From NCBI RefSeq assembly GCF_000015225.1, contig NC_008698.1, forward strand, positions 90,001 through 122,000: a stretch of DNA of 32,000 nt, read 5' to 3'. Every line of letters begins with the position of its first letter. Positions within the stretch are counted from its first letter, which is position 1. A model generated the notes under the pieces. That model did not search any database, had not been told where the DNA came from, and saw only the letters and a program-made list of their open reading frames with translations. Below are positions 22,540 to 30,097 of this stretch, piece by piece. A program made the position numbers and the translations under genes. Source of the DNA: Thermofilum pendens Hrk 5 (GTDB lineage: Archaea > Thermoproteota > Thermoprotei > Thermofilales > Thermofilaceae).

Positions 22540-24123
22540 CTAGGAGTGGTATGCACTCGTCACCGTTCCGATGGCCCTCGTTCTCGAATCCCTCAATATT
22601 ATCCTTGTACCCGGCTCTATGTACCAGGGGTGGTTCAGGAACCTCAGTCTCACGCTTCCGGAGTCGCCTGTCCTCATGGGCTCGCGGCTCATATAGGTGA
22701 ACTTTACGGGGCTCCTGATGGAGTGCGCGTGGAGAACCGTTTGATAGCCTGTACGTATAGTTGTGGGGTGCCTCAGAACCACTATGTGGGCTGCAACCTC
22801 CCAGACTGCCTCTAGAGGCTTACTGGACACGACCAGGCCTTTCTCGAGCTCGTCGAAGTCTACCCCCGCGAGCGCGAGCGTAGCTTCTTCCCCCGCGCGA
22901 GCAGAGGATGCGACAACCCTGTTTATGTGGATTGACTTCACGCGCACCCTCCTCCAGCTGGCGTCGCGCAACGGCCCCAGGTAGACATCCTCTCCCTCGC
23001 GGATCACTCCACGCTCGATAGACACCGCGACTACCGGCCCTACGCCCTTAACGTCGTATGTCTCGCTCACGTAGGCGAGCAGAGGCTTGTCTACGTTCTC
23101 GGCCCACCTCTTCCTGGGCGGGAGCAAGTTCAGGAACTCTGTCAGCAACTCTAAGCCCTCCCCGGTGGTGTTCGAGACGAGGAAAACCGGCACTACGCGC
23201 CCGCTCGGCATAAGCTCAACAATCCTGTACACTTCGCTGAGAGACTTCACGAGGACGGGTTTCCTGTCAACCCTTCGAAGAGTCTCCACAGTGTCTATTA
23301 GCGTCGCCTCCAGGACGCTCTTGTCCACGAGGTCCACCTTAGTTACAACCGCGAACACCGGGATCCTGAGCGCAAGGCTTACTCCGAGGTGCTCTCTGCC
23401 CATCACCTGTAGCCCGGAGTTCGCGGCTACGACGAGCATGACGTAGTCGGGTAGGCGGGACATGACCCCTCTAAGGGCGGTCCTCAGATACCTCTCGTGC
23501 CCCCCGACGTCCACGAAGTACACGATCTTCTTCGACGCCAAGTATATCTGGGCCTCGTCGAGGGGGTTCGGCAGGTTCCAGTTCACAGGCTTGCCCTCCA
23601 TGTCGAAGCCGAGAAGCCTTACGACGACAGAGGATGTTCTCCCGGTGATTATCTCGTGAGAGTACCTGGCAACCCTCCTCATGCCCCTACCTCTCCCATC
23701 GTCCAGCTCGCCTGTGCAGAGAGTACCAACGGTGGTGCTCTTCCCAGCGTCCACGTTACCCATAACCGCGATCGTTACCTGTACGGGTGGCGACTCCTCG
23801 CGGCTAACCCTCACGAGTACCCTCAAAACGCTTCTTCCCTGGAACTCTGCGCGCTCCAGAACACGCGTAGCAGCCCCGATGCTCTCCGCCACCCGCCGCA
23901 GCGTGTCAAGGGTCTCCCTCTCTCCCTCGGGGTCCAGCCCCACCGGCGTACCGTCGTCTCCAACTCCAAGCACGTAGATAGCCTCTCCTCCACCCTCGAA
24001 GAGCCTGTACTTCATCTGAGTAGCTAGACGTTCACACCTCTCATCGTCGCCAGATAACCTAGACTTGTATTCAACAGGCCCCTCTTCTCTTTCTCGCGAC
24101 AGCCTGAACGCCATTCCCGCCAC
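22540..24123 (-). CDS. GTPBP1-like translational-type GTPase (EF-1alpha/EF-Tu superfamily, COG5258-like)
   Basis: G1 GNVDAGKSTTVG, G3 DVGGHERY, G4 TKVDL, followed by EF-Tu-like beta-barrel domains. N-terminal ~110-aa extension as in GTPBP1 homologues. The start is GTG 24123 or ATG 24114. Confidence 0.85.
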   Translation of the reverse strand: MAGMAFRLSREREEGPVEYKSRLSGDDERCERLATQMKYRLFEGGGEAIYVLGVGDDGTPVGLDPEGERETLDTLRRVAESIGAATRVLERAEFQGRSVLRVLVRVSREESPPVQVTIAVMGNVDAGKSTTVGTLCTGELDDGRGRGMRRVARYSHEIITGRTSSVVVRLLGFDMEGKPVNWNLPNPLDEAQIYLASKKIVYFVDVGGHERYLRTALRGVMSRLPDYVMLVVAANSGLQVMGREHLGVSLALRIPVFAVVTKVDLVDKSVLEATLIDTVETLRRVDRKPVLVKSLSEVYRIVELMPSGRVVPVFLVSNTTGEGLELLTEFLNLLPPRKRWAENVDKPLLAYVSETYDVKGVGPVVAVSIERGVIREGEDVYLGPLRDASWRRVRVKSIHINRVVASSARAGEEATLALAGVDFDELEKGLVVSSKPLEAVWEVAAHIVVLRHPTTIRTGYQTVLHAHSIRSPVKFTYMSREPMRTGDSGSVRLRFLNHPWYIEPGTRIILRDSRTRAIGTVTSAYHS

Positions 24124-24266
24124 GAGCCCTCTCTTCGGTTAATCTCCGCGCATAGAGCTTAATTAGCGTTGCGCATAGCCCCTCGTGAAAGCCAGGGGAT
24201 GCTTGAAGACCCATCGACGTTGACCGGGCTGAAAAGTTAAAGCGAGGGTCTGAGCGTCTTCTTTTA

Positions 24267-25442
24267 GTGGGGGCTGGTTTGCTGTTCCCAAGGATATACA
24301 TAGGGACGTCTGGATGGGATTACGACGACTGGCTCGACGTGTTTTATGAGAGCGAAAGGGGAATGTTCACATACTATGCGAGGTTCTTTAACACCGTCGA
24401 GATAAACTCCTCTTTCTACAGCTTGCTCGGCGAGAAGTTCTACAAGGGACTTGCGGAGGCGGCTCCGGAGGGCTTCGTATTCTCGCTGAAGATGTACCAG
24501 GGAATAACCCACAAGAGGCTCCTCAACCCGAGGCTCGTCGAGAAGGAACTCGACTTCTTCCTTAAGTCCATAGAGCCCCTTAGGGCTGCCGGGAAGCTCG
24601 GGGCAGTGCTGATACAGATGCCTCCGAGAAGCCGGCGGGAAATACCCTGGTTCAACGAGTTCCTGGACATGCTTCCCAGCAACGTTCGCTTCGCCGTGGA
24701 GTTTAGGGATGAGAGCTGGCTCTCGGAAGACATCTTCAAGAGGCTTGCCGACAGGAATATCGCGTACACCGTTGTCGACGAGCCGCTACTCCCGCCCGTC
24801 GTCAGGATAACGGCGGACTTCGGGTACTTCAGGTGGCACGGAAGGGGGGAAAGACCCTGGTACTACTACCACTACTCGCTGGAAGAGTTGAAAGGCTGGG
24901 CTTCGAAGATCTCAGAGGTCATTGGAGAGGTCAAAATGCTACTGGGCTACTTCAATAACCACTTCCGCGGCTTCGCCCCGCATAATGCTCTCCAAATGGT
25001 CGTGTTGCTGGGTATTGCGAACAAGAGGCAACGGGAGAAGCTCGAAGAGATGGAGAAGTACTTCGCGTCGGCGCCACGGAAATACGAGAGGGAGCTCCAG
25101 GAGGCACTCTCCTCCGGTGATCTCGACAAGGCGCTTAGACTGCTTGCCGGCGAGAGGCGCTTCGAGAGGGCTACCGGGATAAGCGACTCAGAGGTGAAGT
25201 ATACGCTTCAGGGAGGAGTTCTAAGGGGCACAGTTAAACAGTACTTCGTGGGGGTTGACCCCGGCGGCAGGAGGATCGTCCACGACTGCGAAGACTGGAG
25301 GAAATCCCTCGAAACAAAGAGACTCTGCAAGCACATCGTGAAGCTCTTCCAGGTTTTGCCGAGGGAATACTCACTGAACGTCCTCAGAGACTTCGCGGAG
25401 AACATGGACGAGTGGACCTTCGAGTACGGGAGAAGCATTTAG
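24267..25442 (+). CDS. DUF72 domain protein with C-terminal helical linker and SWIM-type zinc-finger-like module
   Basis: IYIGTSGWDYDDW...FNTVEINSSFYS...LLGYFNNH (DUF72) in residues ~8-250. C-terminal YFVGVDPGGRRIVHDCEDWRKSLETKRLCKHIVKLF fits the SWIM beta-beta-alpha pattern (x-C ... CxH), with His replacing the first Cys. GTG start at 24267; TATA-like AAAAGTTAAAG at 24231-24241. Confidence 0.8.
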   Translation: MGAGLLFPRIYIGTSGWDYDDWLDVFYESERGMFTYYARFFNTVEINSSFYSLLGEKFYKGLAEAAPEGFVFSLKMYQGITHKRLLNPRLVEKELDFFLKSIEPLRAAGKLGAVLIQMPPRSRREIPWFNEFLDMLPSNVRFAVEFRDESWLSEDIFKRLADRNIAYTVVDEPLLPPVVRITADFGYFRWHGRGERPWYYYHYSLEELKGWASKISEVIGEVKMLLGYFNNHFRGFAPHNALQMVVLLGIANKRQREKLEEMEKYFASAPRKYERELQEALSSGDLDKALRLLAGERRFERATGISDSEVKYTLQGGVLRGTVKQYFVGVDPGGRRIVHDCEDWRKSLETKRLCKHIVKLFQVLPREYSLNVLRDFAENMDEWTFEYGRSI

Positions 25443-25448
25443 AAAAGC

Positions 25449-26027
25449 CTAAGCGCGTCGGCTGGGGCGCAGGGTGGGGCTAGGGAGGATGAGCCGGCAG
25501 TCCTCGGAGGACACGAGTATGTACTCGCCGACGGCGTAGGCGTACGACGTGAAAGCCGCAGTAATAGCGTCGAGAATGTCTCCCTGTAAAGTCTCCTCGA
25601 ACTTAACCCCGAGGCTTCTAAGGCCCTCCAGCAAGCCCTTCTTGTTCCTGGACTTCCTGGGAATCCCTAGTAGGTCCTGGCTCCCCCCGGGGTATACCTC
25701 GATTACTTCGAAGCCCCTCTCCTCGAGAGCCTCCTTCAGCTTGATACCCCTCGACGTCAGCTCGAGCATCCCGGAGAAAACCGGAGAGAAGACCTTTACC
25801 CCCAGCCTTAACAGGGCCTTGTCGCACCCCCGGAGGCGCCCACCCTTCGGGAAGGAGAGAGGAGCATCTATGCCTACCACCCTGGGAGAGTACTCCTCCG
25901 CCAGAGCTACGAGTTCGTCATCCCCGGAGAAGAAGCCCGCCTTACACGAAAGGTCTTCGTAGAGCAGAGCGTAAGCCGACTTTCTGCGCCTCGAAGCCGA
26001 GAGGTCTACACCGAGGTACACGTCCAC
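25449..26027 (-). CDS. DUF429-like predicted RNase H-fold nuclease
   Basis: N-terminal VYLGVDLS (first acidic strand), VVGIDAPLSFPKG, and C-terminal DILDAITAAF (Asp on helix) follow the DUF429/COG2410 pattern. GTG start. Confidence 0.6.
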   Translation of the reverse strand: MDVYLGVDLSASRRRKSAYALLYEDLSCKAGFFSGDDELVALAEEYSPRVVGIDAPLSFPKGGRLRGCDKALLRLGVKVFSPVFSGMLELTSRGIKLKEALEERGFEVIEVYPGGSQDLLGIPRKSRNKKGLLEGLRSLGVKFEETLQGDILDAITAAFTSYAYAVGEYILVSSEDCRLILPSPTLRPSRRA

Positions 26028-26074
26028 GGGTACACGTGTAGGAGGGGCGTTAAGGCTTTTTCGATTTAGGGCGG

Positions 26075-26590
26075 TCAGCGCGGAAGGGTAACCCCCCTCT
26101 GGCGCTGGTACTTTCCCTTGTACGGCACGGGTTCGCCCTCAAGCCTGTAGAATGCGACGTGTGCGAACCGCTGACCCTTCCTCAGGACTATCGGGAAAGC
26201 CCCGCCGTGGATCTCTATGGTTATTTGGCCCTCGAAGCCAGCGTCTATGAGCGTTGGCGGTATCGATACGCCGAGCCTCGCGAAGGTGCTTCTAACCCCT
26301 ATAATTGCGGCTACGTCTACCGGCATCTTGATGTACTCTAGGGTTGTCACTAGCACCTTCATGTACGGCTGGAGAACAAAGCTGTCCGTCTTGAACACCC
26401 TGTAGTACTGGGACAGATCTACCTCTCTCAGCCTCTCAGGGTCCAGGGGCTCCGGGTTGTTCAGGAGGACGGCGACCTCCTCCCCGATCCTCAGGTCGAC
26501 GCCATTCTCGCGCACGATTTCGTCGCTAAAGGGCTCGATGACGAGCTTCCCTTCGTTTATGAGCCTCCGGATCTCGGCGCCGGAGAGCAT
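26075..26590 (-). CDS. dcd: dCTP deaminase / dUTPase-superfamily enzyme
   Basis: MLSGAEIRRLINEGKLVIEPF, NGVDLRIG, GVRSTFARLG, IDAGFEGQITIEI. ATG 26590 is preferred over the track start at 26608; TATA-like AACTTAAAG lies about 30 bp upstream. Confidence 0.85.
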   Translation of the reverse strand: MLSGAEIRRLINEGKLVIEPFSDEIVRENGVDLRIGEEVAVLLNNPEPLDPERLREVDLSQYYRVFKTDSFVLQPYMKVLVTTLEYIKMPVDVAAIIGVRSTFARLGVSIPPTLIDAGFEGQITIEIHGGAFPIVLRKGQRFAHVAFYRLEGEPVPYKGKYQRQRGVTLPR

Positions 26591-26662
26591 CCTGCAACCC
26601 CGAACCACATAGCCGCATACATGCTTTAAGTTGATATCCTGGAAAATGCGCCACCGAGCCTC

Positions 26663-27373
26663 TCAGCTATGTGGAGCGCGGCTAGTCCTGTAGTAGCAGC
26701 ACAGGTCCGAGAGGGGGCACTCATCGCATAGCGGGTTTTTCGCCCTGCAGAGGGTTCGACCCAGCTTTATCAGGTAGAGGTGCGCGTCTAGGCGTGCCTC
26801 TTCTCTGAAGAAGCCGTGGAGGCTTTTTTGCATAGCCCTGTAGCTACCAGGGCGTGCCAAGCCGAGCCTTACGGAGACTCTCCTCACGTGAGTGTCTATC
26901 GGGAGCACGGGGTAGCCGTAGTTCGCGAGGAGAACGTCGATCGTCTTGTCGCCAATGCCTTCGATCTGTTTAAGCTCCCGGATAACCTCCTCGACACCCC
27001 TAGATAGAAGCTTACCGATGTCGCATCCATACTTCTCGTAAAGCAGAGAGGCAACCTGCTTTATCGCCTTGGCTTTCTGCTCTTGCAACCCTGCCGGCCG
27101 TATAGCCTCGGCGAGCTCGCTTAGCCCTGCTTTCCTGATCTTTTCGCACTCAACTCCGACCCTCTCCTCGAGGGAGGCGAAAGCCTTCAAGGTGTTATTC
27201 TCGTTCGTGTTCTGGGAGATTATCGTTGCCACGAGAACCCCGAAGAAGTCCCCCCTCCTCGCAACGTCAAGCGCCACGAACTCCCCCCTCCCCAAGGAGA
27301 AGGCCCCCTTCAGGCGTGCGAGTATCTCGTCGCCGAGCTCGTAGCCCCTAGGCTCGTGGAGGCAAGAGTTCAT
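26663..27373 (-). CDS. nth: Endonuclease III (HhH-GPD DNA glycosylase/AP lyase with 4Fe-4S loop)
   Basis: VATIISQNTNENNT, HhH LKQIEGIGDKTIDVLL with the catalytic Lys, PIDTHVRRV with Asp, and cluster loop C-x6-C-x2-C-x5-C (CRAKNPLCDECPLSDLC). The track ORF extends to 27700, but the first 109 codons are low-complexity and overlap surE. ATG 27373 gives a normal 236-aa protein. Confidence 0.9.
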   Translation of the reverse strand: MNSCLHEPRGYELGDEILARLKGAFSLGRGEFVALDVARRGDFFGVLVATIISQNTNENNTLKAFASLEERVGVECEKIRKAGLSELAEAIRPAGLQEQKAKAIKQVASLLYEKYGCDIGKLLSRGVEEVIRELKQIEGIGDKTIDVLLANYGYPVLPIDTHVRRVSVRLGLARPGSYRAMQKSLHGFFREEARLDAHLYLIKLGRTLCRAKNPLCDECPLSDLCCYYRTSRAPHS

Positions 27374-27398
27374 ATTGCACCAGGGTGTTTGTTTCCCG

Positions 27399-28154
27399 AT
27401 GAGGATACTAGTAGTTAACGATGACGGAGTAGGAGACGGGTTGCTGGCACTCGCCCGTGTAGCCGAGAGGCTTGGACACAGTGTCTTCCTGGCGACAACA
27501 CACGACCAGCGGAGCGGGTACTCCAAGTCTGTCTCGTTCAAGGCCACGTATACCCCCGCAAAGATCGGCGGGTACGAGGGCATAGTGACGAATTCTTCTC
27601 CCGCGAGCGCAGTTCTCCTAGCGTTCAAAGTATTCGGCAAGGAGTTTGACTTCGTACTCAGCGGTGTAAACATGGGCCCAAACCTAGGCTTGTGGGACAT
27701 CCTCTCCTCCGGAACCGTCGGGGCTGTCTTGGAGGCTGCGCTTCACGGAGTACCGGGCGCCGCGGTGTCCCTGGTTGCTGGGAGTCACGAGGAATACAGT
27801 TCTTTGACCTACGAGGACTACGAGAGGGCAGCAAGGCTGGCGGTCGACCTGCTGGAACGCCTGGAGTGGAGGCCTCCCTGCGAAGTTCTGAACATAAATG
27901 TCCCGCTACGTACCAACGGCTCAGTGAAGTTCACCCTTCCGGAGAGAGTCCCCCCGAGAGACCTTTACAGGTGCTCGGGCAACGAGTGCAGAATGGGCTA
28001 CTGGACCCTCCAAGAATCCTACGTGTGCAGCAACCCTCGTAGCGACGTGTGCGCAATAAAAGAGGGGTTCGTTTCAGTAACACCCTTATCCCCTGGTAGC
28101 CTTGCCCGCGAGGACTTAGTGAAAAAGCTTACGCGCAGTACAAGCCTGGGTTAA
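27399..28154 (+). CDS. surE: SurE 5'/3'-nucleotidase
   Basis: Canonical N-terminus MRILVVNDDGV, SGVNMGPNLG, SGTVGAVLEA. ATG 27399 is preferred over the track TTG at 27375. Confidence 0.9.
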   Translation: MRILVVNDDGVGDGLLALARVAERLGHSVFLATTHDQRSGYSKSVSFKATYTPAKIGGYEGIVTNSSPASAVLLAFKVFGKEFDFVLSGVNMGPNLGLWDILSSGTVGAVLEAALHGVPGAAVSLVAGSHEEYSSLTYEDYERAARLAVDLLERLEWRPPCEVLNINVPLRTNGSVKFTLPERVPPRDLYRCSGNECRMGYWTLQESYVCSNPRSDVCAIKEGFVSVTPLSPGSLAREDLVKKLTRSTSLG

Positions 28155-28182
28155 CGATTTATACTAAAGGGATAAGGCGTTC

Positions 28183-29541
28183 ATGCGATCGACAATGGTG
28201 GAAAAAGTAGACGTGGCAGTTATCGGCGGAGGACCCGCCGGGATGACAGCGGCATCGAGGATTAAGAGGCTGAAGCCCGAGCTACGAGTAGCTGTTTTCG
28301 AGAGAAGCGGCTACGTGAGCTACGCCCCGTGCGGGCTACCCTACTACCTGGGAGGGCTCGTGGACAGTCTAGAACACCTAGTTCACTACCCCGTAAGGGT
28401 TTTCACGGAGGAAAGAGGCATAGAGGTCTACACGCGCACGGAGGTTGTGGAGGTCGGGGACGGGTACCTCAGGGCTAGGGATGCTAGCGGAGAGAGGACC
28501 TACGAGTGGGGTAAGCTCCTGATAGCTACCGGGGCTCGCCCAAAGGTGCCGCCCGTGGAGGGCGTAGACCTGGAGGGGGTCTTCACGCTAAGGGTGCTCG
28601 AAGACGGCGAGAAGGCTAGGAGGTACCTGGAAAAGGCTACACGCGTAGCGGTCGTGGGGGGAGGCTACATAGGCCTCGAAGTAGCGGAGAACCTGGTGAG
28701 GGCTGGAAAGACGGTCCTTCTGTTCGAGGTTCTCGACCACGTCTTCCCAGCCGTAGACCCCGACATGGCGCTCCTCGTGGAAAAGGAGCTAGCGAGGAAC
28801 GGTGTCGAGCTCCACCTCGGCGAGGGGCTTAAGGGAATTCACGGCAGGGACAGGGTGGAAAGCCTGGAGACCACCAAGGGCGAGTACAAGGTGGATGCTG
28901 TCTTCATAGCGACTGGTGTGGCTCCGGAGACGCGGCTAGCCGAGAAGCTAGGCGTGAAGAAAGGCTCGACAGGGGCTTTAAGCGTGGATAAAAGCATGAG
29001 GACGAACGTGGACGATGTGTACGCTGCTGGGGACGTGGCGGAAGCACTGAACCTGGTAACGGGGAAGAACGACTGGTTCCCTCTGGCCCCCGTGGCGAAC
29101 AAGATGGGCTACGTGGCCGGAGCAGCGATGGCGGGCTTGAAGGCAGAGTTTCCGGGGGCTGTGGGAACCTCTATAACGAAGGTCTTCGGCCTGGAGGTTG
29201 GGCGCGCGGGTTTAACCACCGCCAGGGCTCAGCAGGAGGGGTTCGACCCGGTATCGGTTATGATCAACGCGAACTCTAAAGCGAGCTACTACCCCGGGTC
29301 TAGCGCGATGTCCGTGAAGCTAATAGCGGATAGGAGGACGGGACAGCTTCTGGGAGGACAGATTATAGGCGGGGACGGCGTACTTGCGAGGCTTAACAGC
29401 TTAGCAGTCCTACTTTCCTTCAGGGCTAGAGTGGAGGACGCCTTTTTCAGCGACCTAGGATACGCCCCTCCGTTCTCTCCAGTTTGGGACCCAATAGTAA
29501 CTGCCGCGCGAGTGCTACTCGGGAAGATAAGAGAAGCCTAA
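28183..29541 (+). CDS. FAD-dependent pyridine nucleotide-disulfide oxidoreductase (NADH oxidase / CoA-disulfide reductase family)
   Basis: VAVIGGGPAGMTAA; single redox Cys in SYAPCGLPYY (the Nox/CoADR SFxxCGLPY motif); second Rossmann VAVVGGGYIGLEVAE; YAAGD. TATA-like ATTTATACTA at 28157-28166. Confidence 0.85.
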   Translation: MRSTMVEKVDVAVIGGGPAGMTAASRIKRLKPELRVAVFERSGYVSYAPCGLPYYLGGLVDSLEHLVHYPVRVFTEERGIEVYTRTEVVEVGDGYLRARDASGERTYEWGKLLIATGARPKVPPVEGVDLEGVFTLRVLEDGEKARRYLEKATRVAVVGGGYIGLEVAENLVRAGKTVLLFEVLDHVFPAVDPDMALLVEKELARNGVELHLGEGLKGIHGRDRVESLETTKGEYKVDAVFIATGVAPETRLAEKLGVKKGSTGALSVDKSMRTNVDDVYAAGDVAEALNLVTGKNDWFPLAPVANKMGYVAGAAMAGLKAEFPGAVGTSITKVFGLEVGRAGLTTARAQQEGFDPVSVMINANSKASYYPGSSAMSVKLIADRRTGQLLGGQIIGGDGVLARLNSLAVLLSFRARVEDAFFSDLGYAPPFSPVWDPIVTAARVLLGKIREA

Positions 29542-30095
29542 ACCTGCTCGGCAGACTGCTCTGTACGCGACAAGTACTTGGCGAAGAGGTACTGGTAGAG
29601 GCCCGCGCTTAGAGAAGCCATCCCGGTTATCGATAGTAGCGCCCCGAGCGTGGAGAGGATGTCTACCTCTGTCCTGCTGAAGCGAGAGTATAACAGTATC
29701 AACGTTACATTGCTCCTGCACAGTGAACACGTTGATTCCAGCGTGACCCTGTAAGGCTGACCTTGAAGTACCACCCAGCCCGAGCTGTTATAGCGCGCAT
29801 CTTTCAGCGTAAAGCCACCTATGCTCTCGTTGTTTACATCGTAGAACGTGGCTACGAGCTCAACGTTCCTGTCGCCCTCAATGCTCGCAACGTAGTATAT
29901 CCTCTCGGCTACGCCGGCGCCTAGAGTCGCCTCGACGAAGGAGTTCCTGGGTAGCTCTAGGCGCAACTCTATCCTCTCGCGCGGTGATACGTAGTAGCTG
30001 GCGTACAGCGACGCGAGAAAACCCGCAAGGAGTGCCGAGAAGCCTACAGCTAGTAGAAAGAGACTTCTCCTTAGCTTCCCGGAGCCGCGCGGCAT
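29538..30095 (-). CDS. Hypothetical bitopic membrane protein (TM helices at both ends, ~130-aa beta-rich exposed domain with a CSLC motif)
   Basis: From ATG 30095, 2 nt after the oppF-like stop: MPRGSGKLRRSLFLLAVGFSALLAGFLASLYA ... STCSLCRSNVT ... ILSTLGALLSITGMASLSAGLY. I recognise no family. The track start at 30131 would overlap the upstream gene. Confidence 0.45.
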   Translation of the reverse strand: MPRGSGKLRRSLFLLAVGFSALLAGFLASLYASYYVSPRERIELRLELPRNSFVEATLGAGVAERIYYVASIEGDRNVELVATFYDVNNESIGGFTLKDARYNSSGWVVLQGQPYRVTLESTCSLCRSNVTLILLYSRFSRTEVDILSTLGALLSITGMASLSAGLYQYLFAKYLSRTEQSAEQV

Positions 30096-30097
30096 AC

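Noticed and set aside
24148-24178. Direct repeat GCGCATAG (24148-24155 and 24171-24178) flanking CTTAATTAG, plus a CCCCT/AGGGG 5-bp stem at 24180-24199, in the GTPase/DUF72-SWIM divergent spacer.
   Set aside because: An 8-mer occurring twice and a 5-bp stem with a 10-nt loop are too weak to separate from chance without comparative data. This is probably just promoter sequence.
27374-27700. N-terminal 109 codons of the track ORF 26663-27700 (MSHKPRFGPMFTPLS...).
   Set aside because: This part overlaps the well-supported surE gene on the other strand, is Ser/Pro/Thr-rich low complexity, and has no EndoIII homology. The internal ATG at 27373 gives a normal-length endonuclease III.
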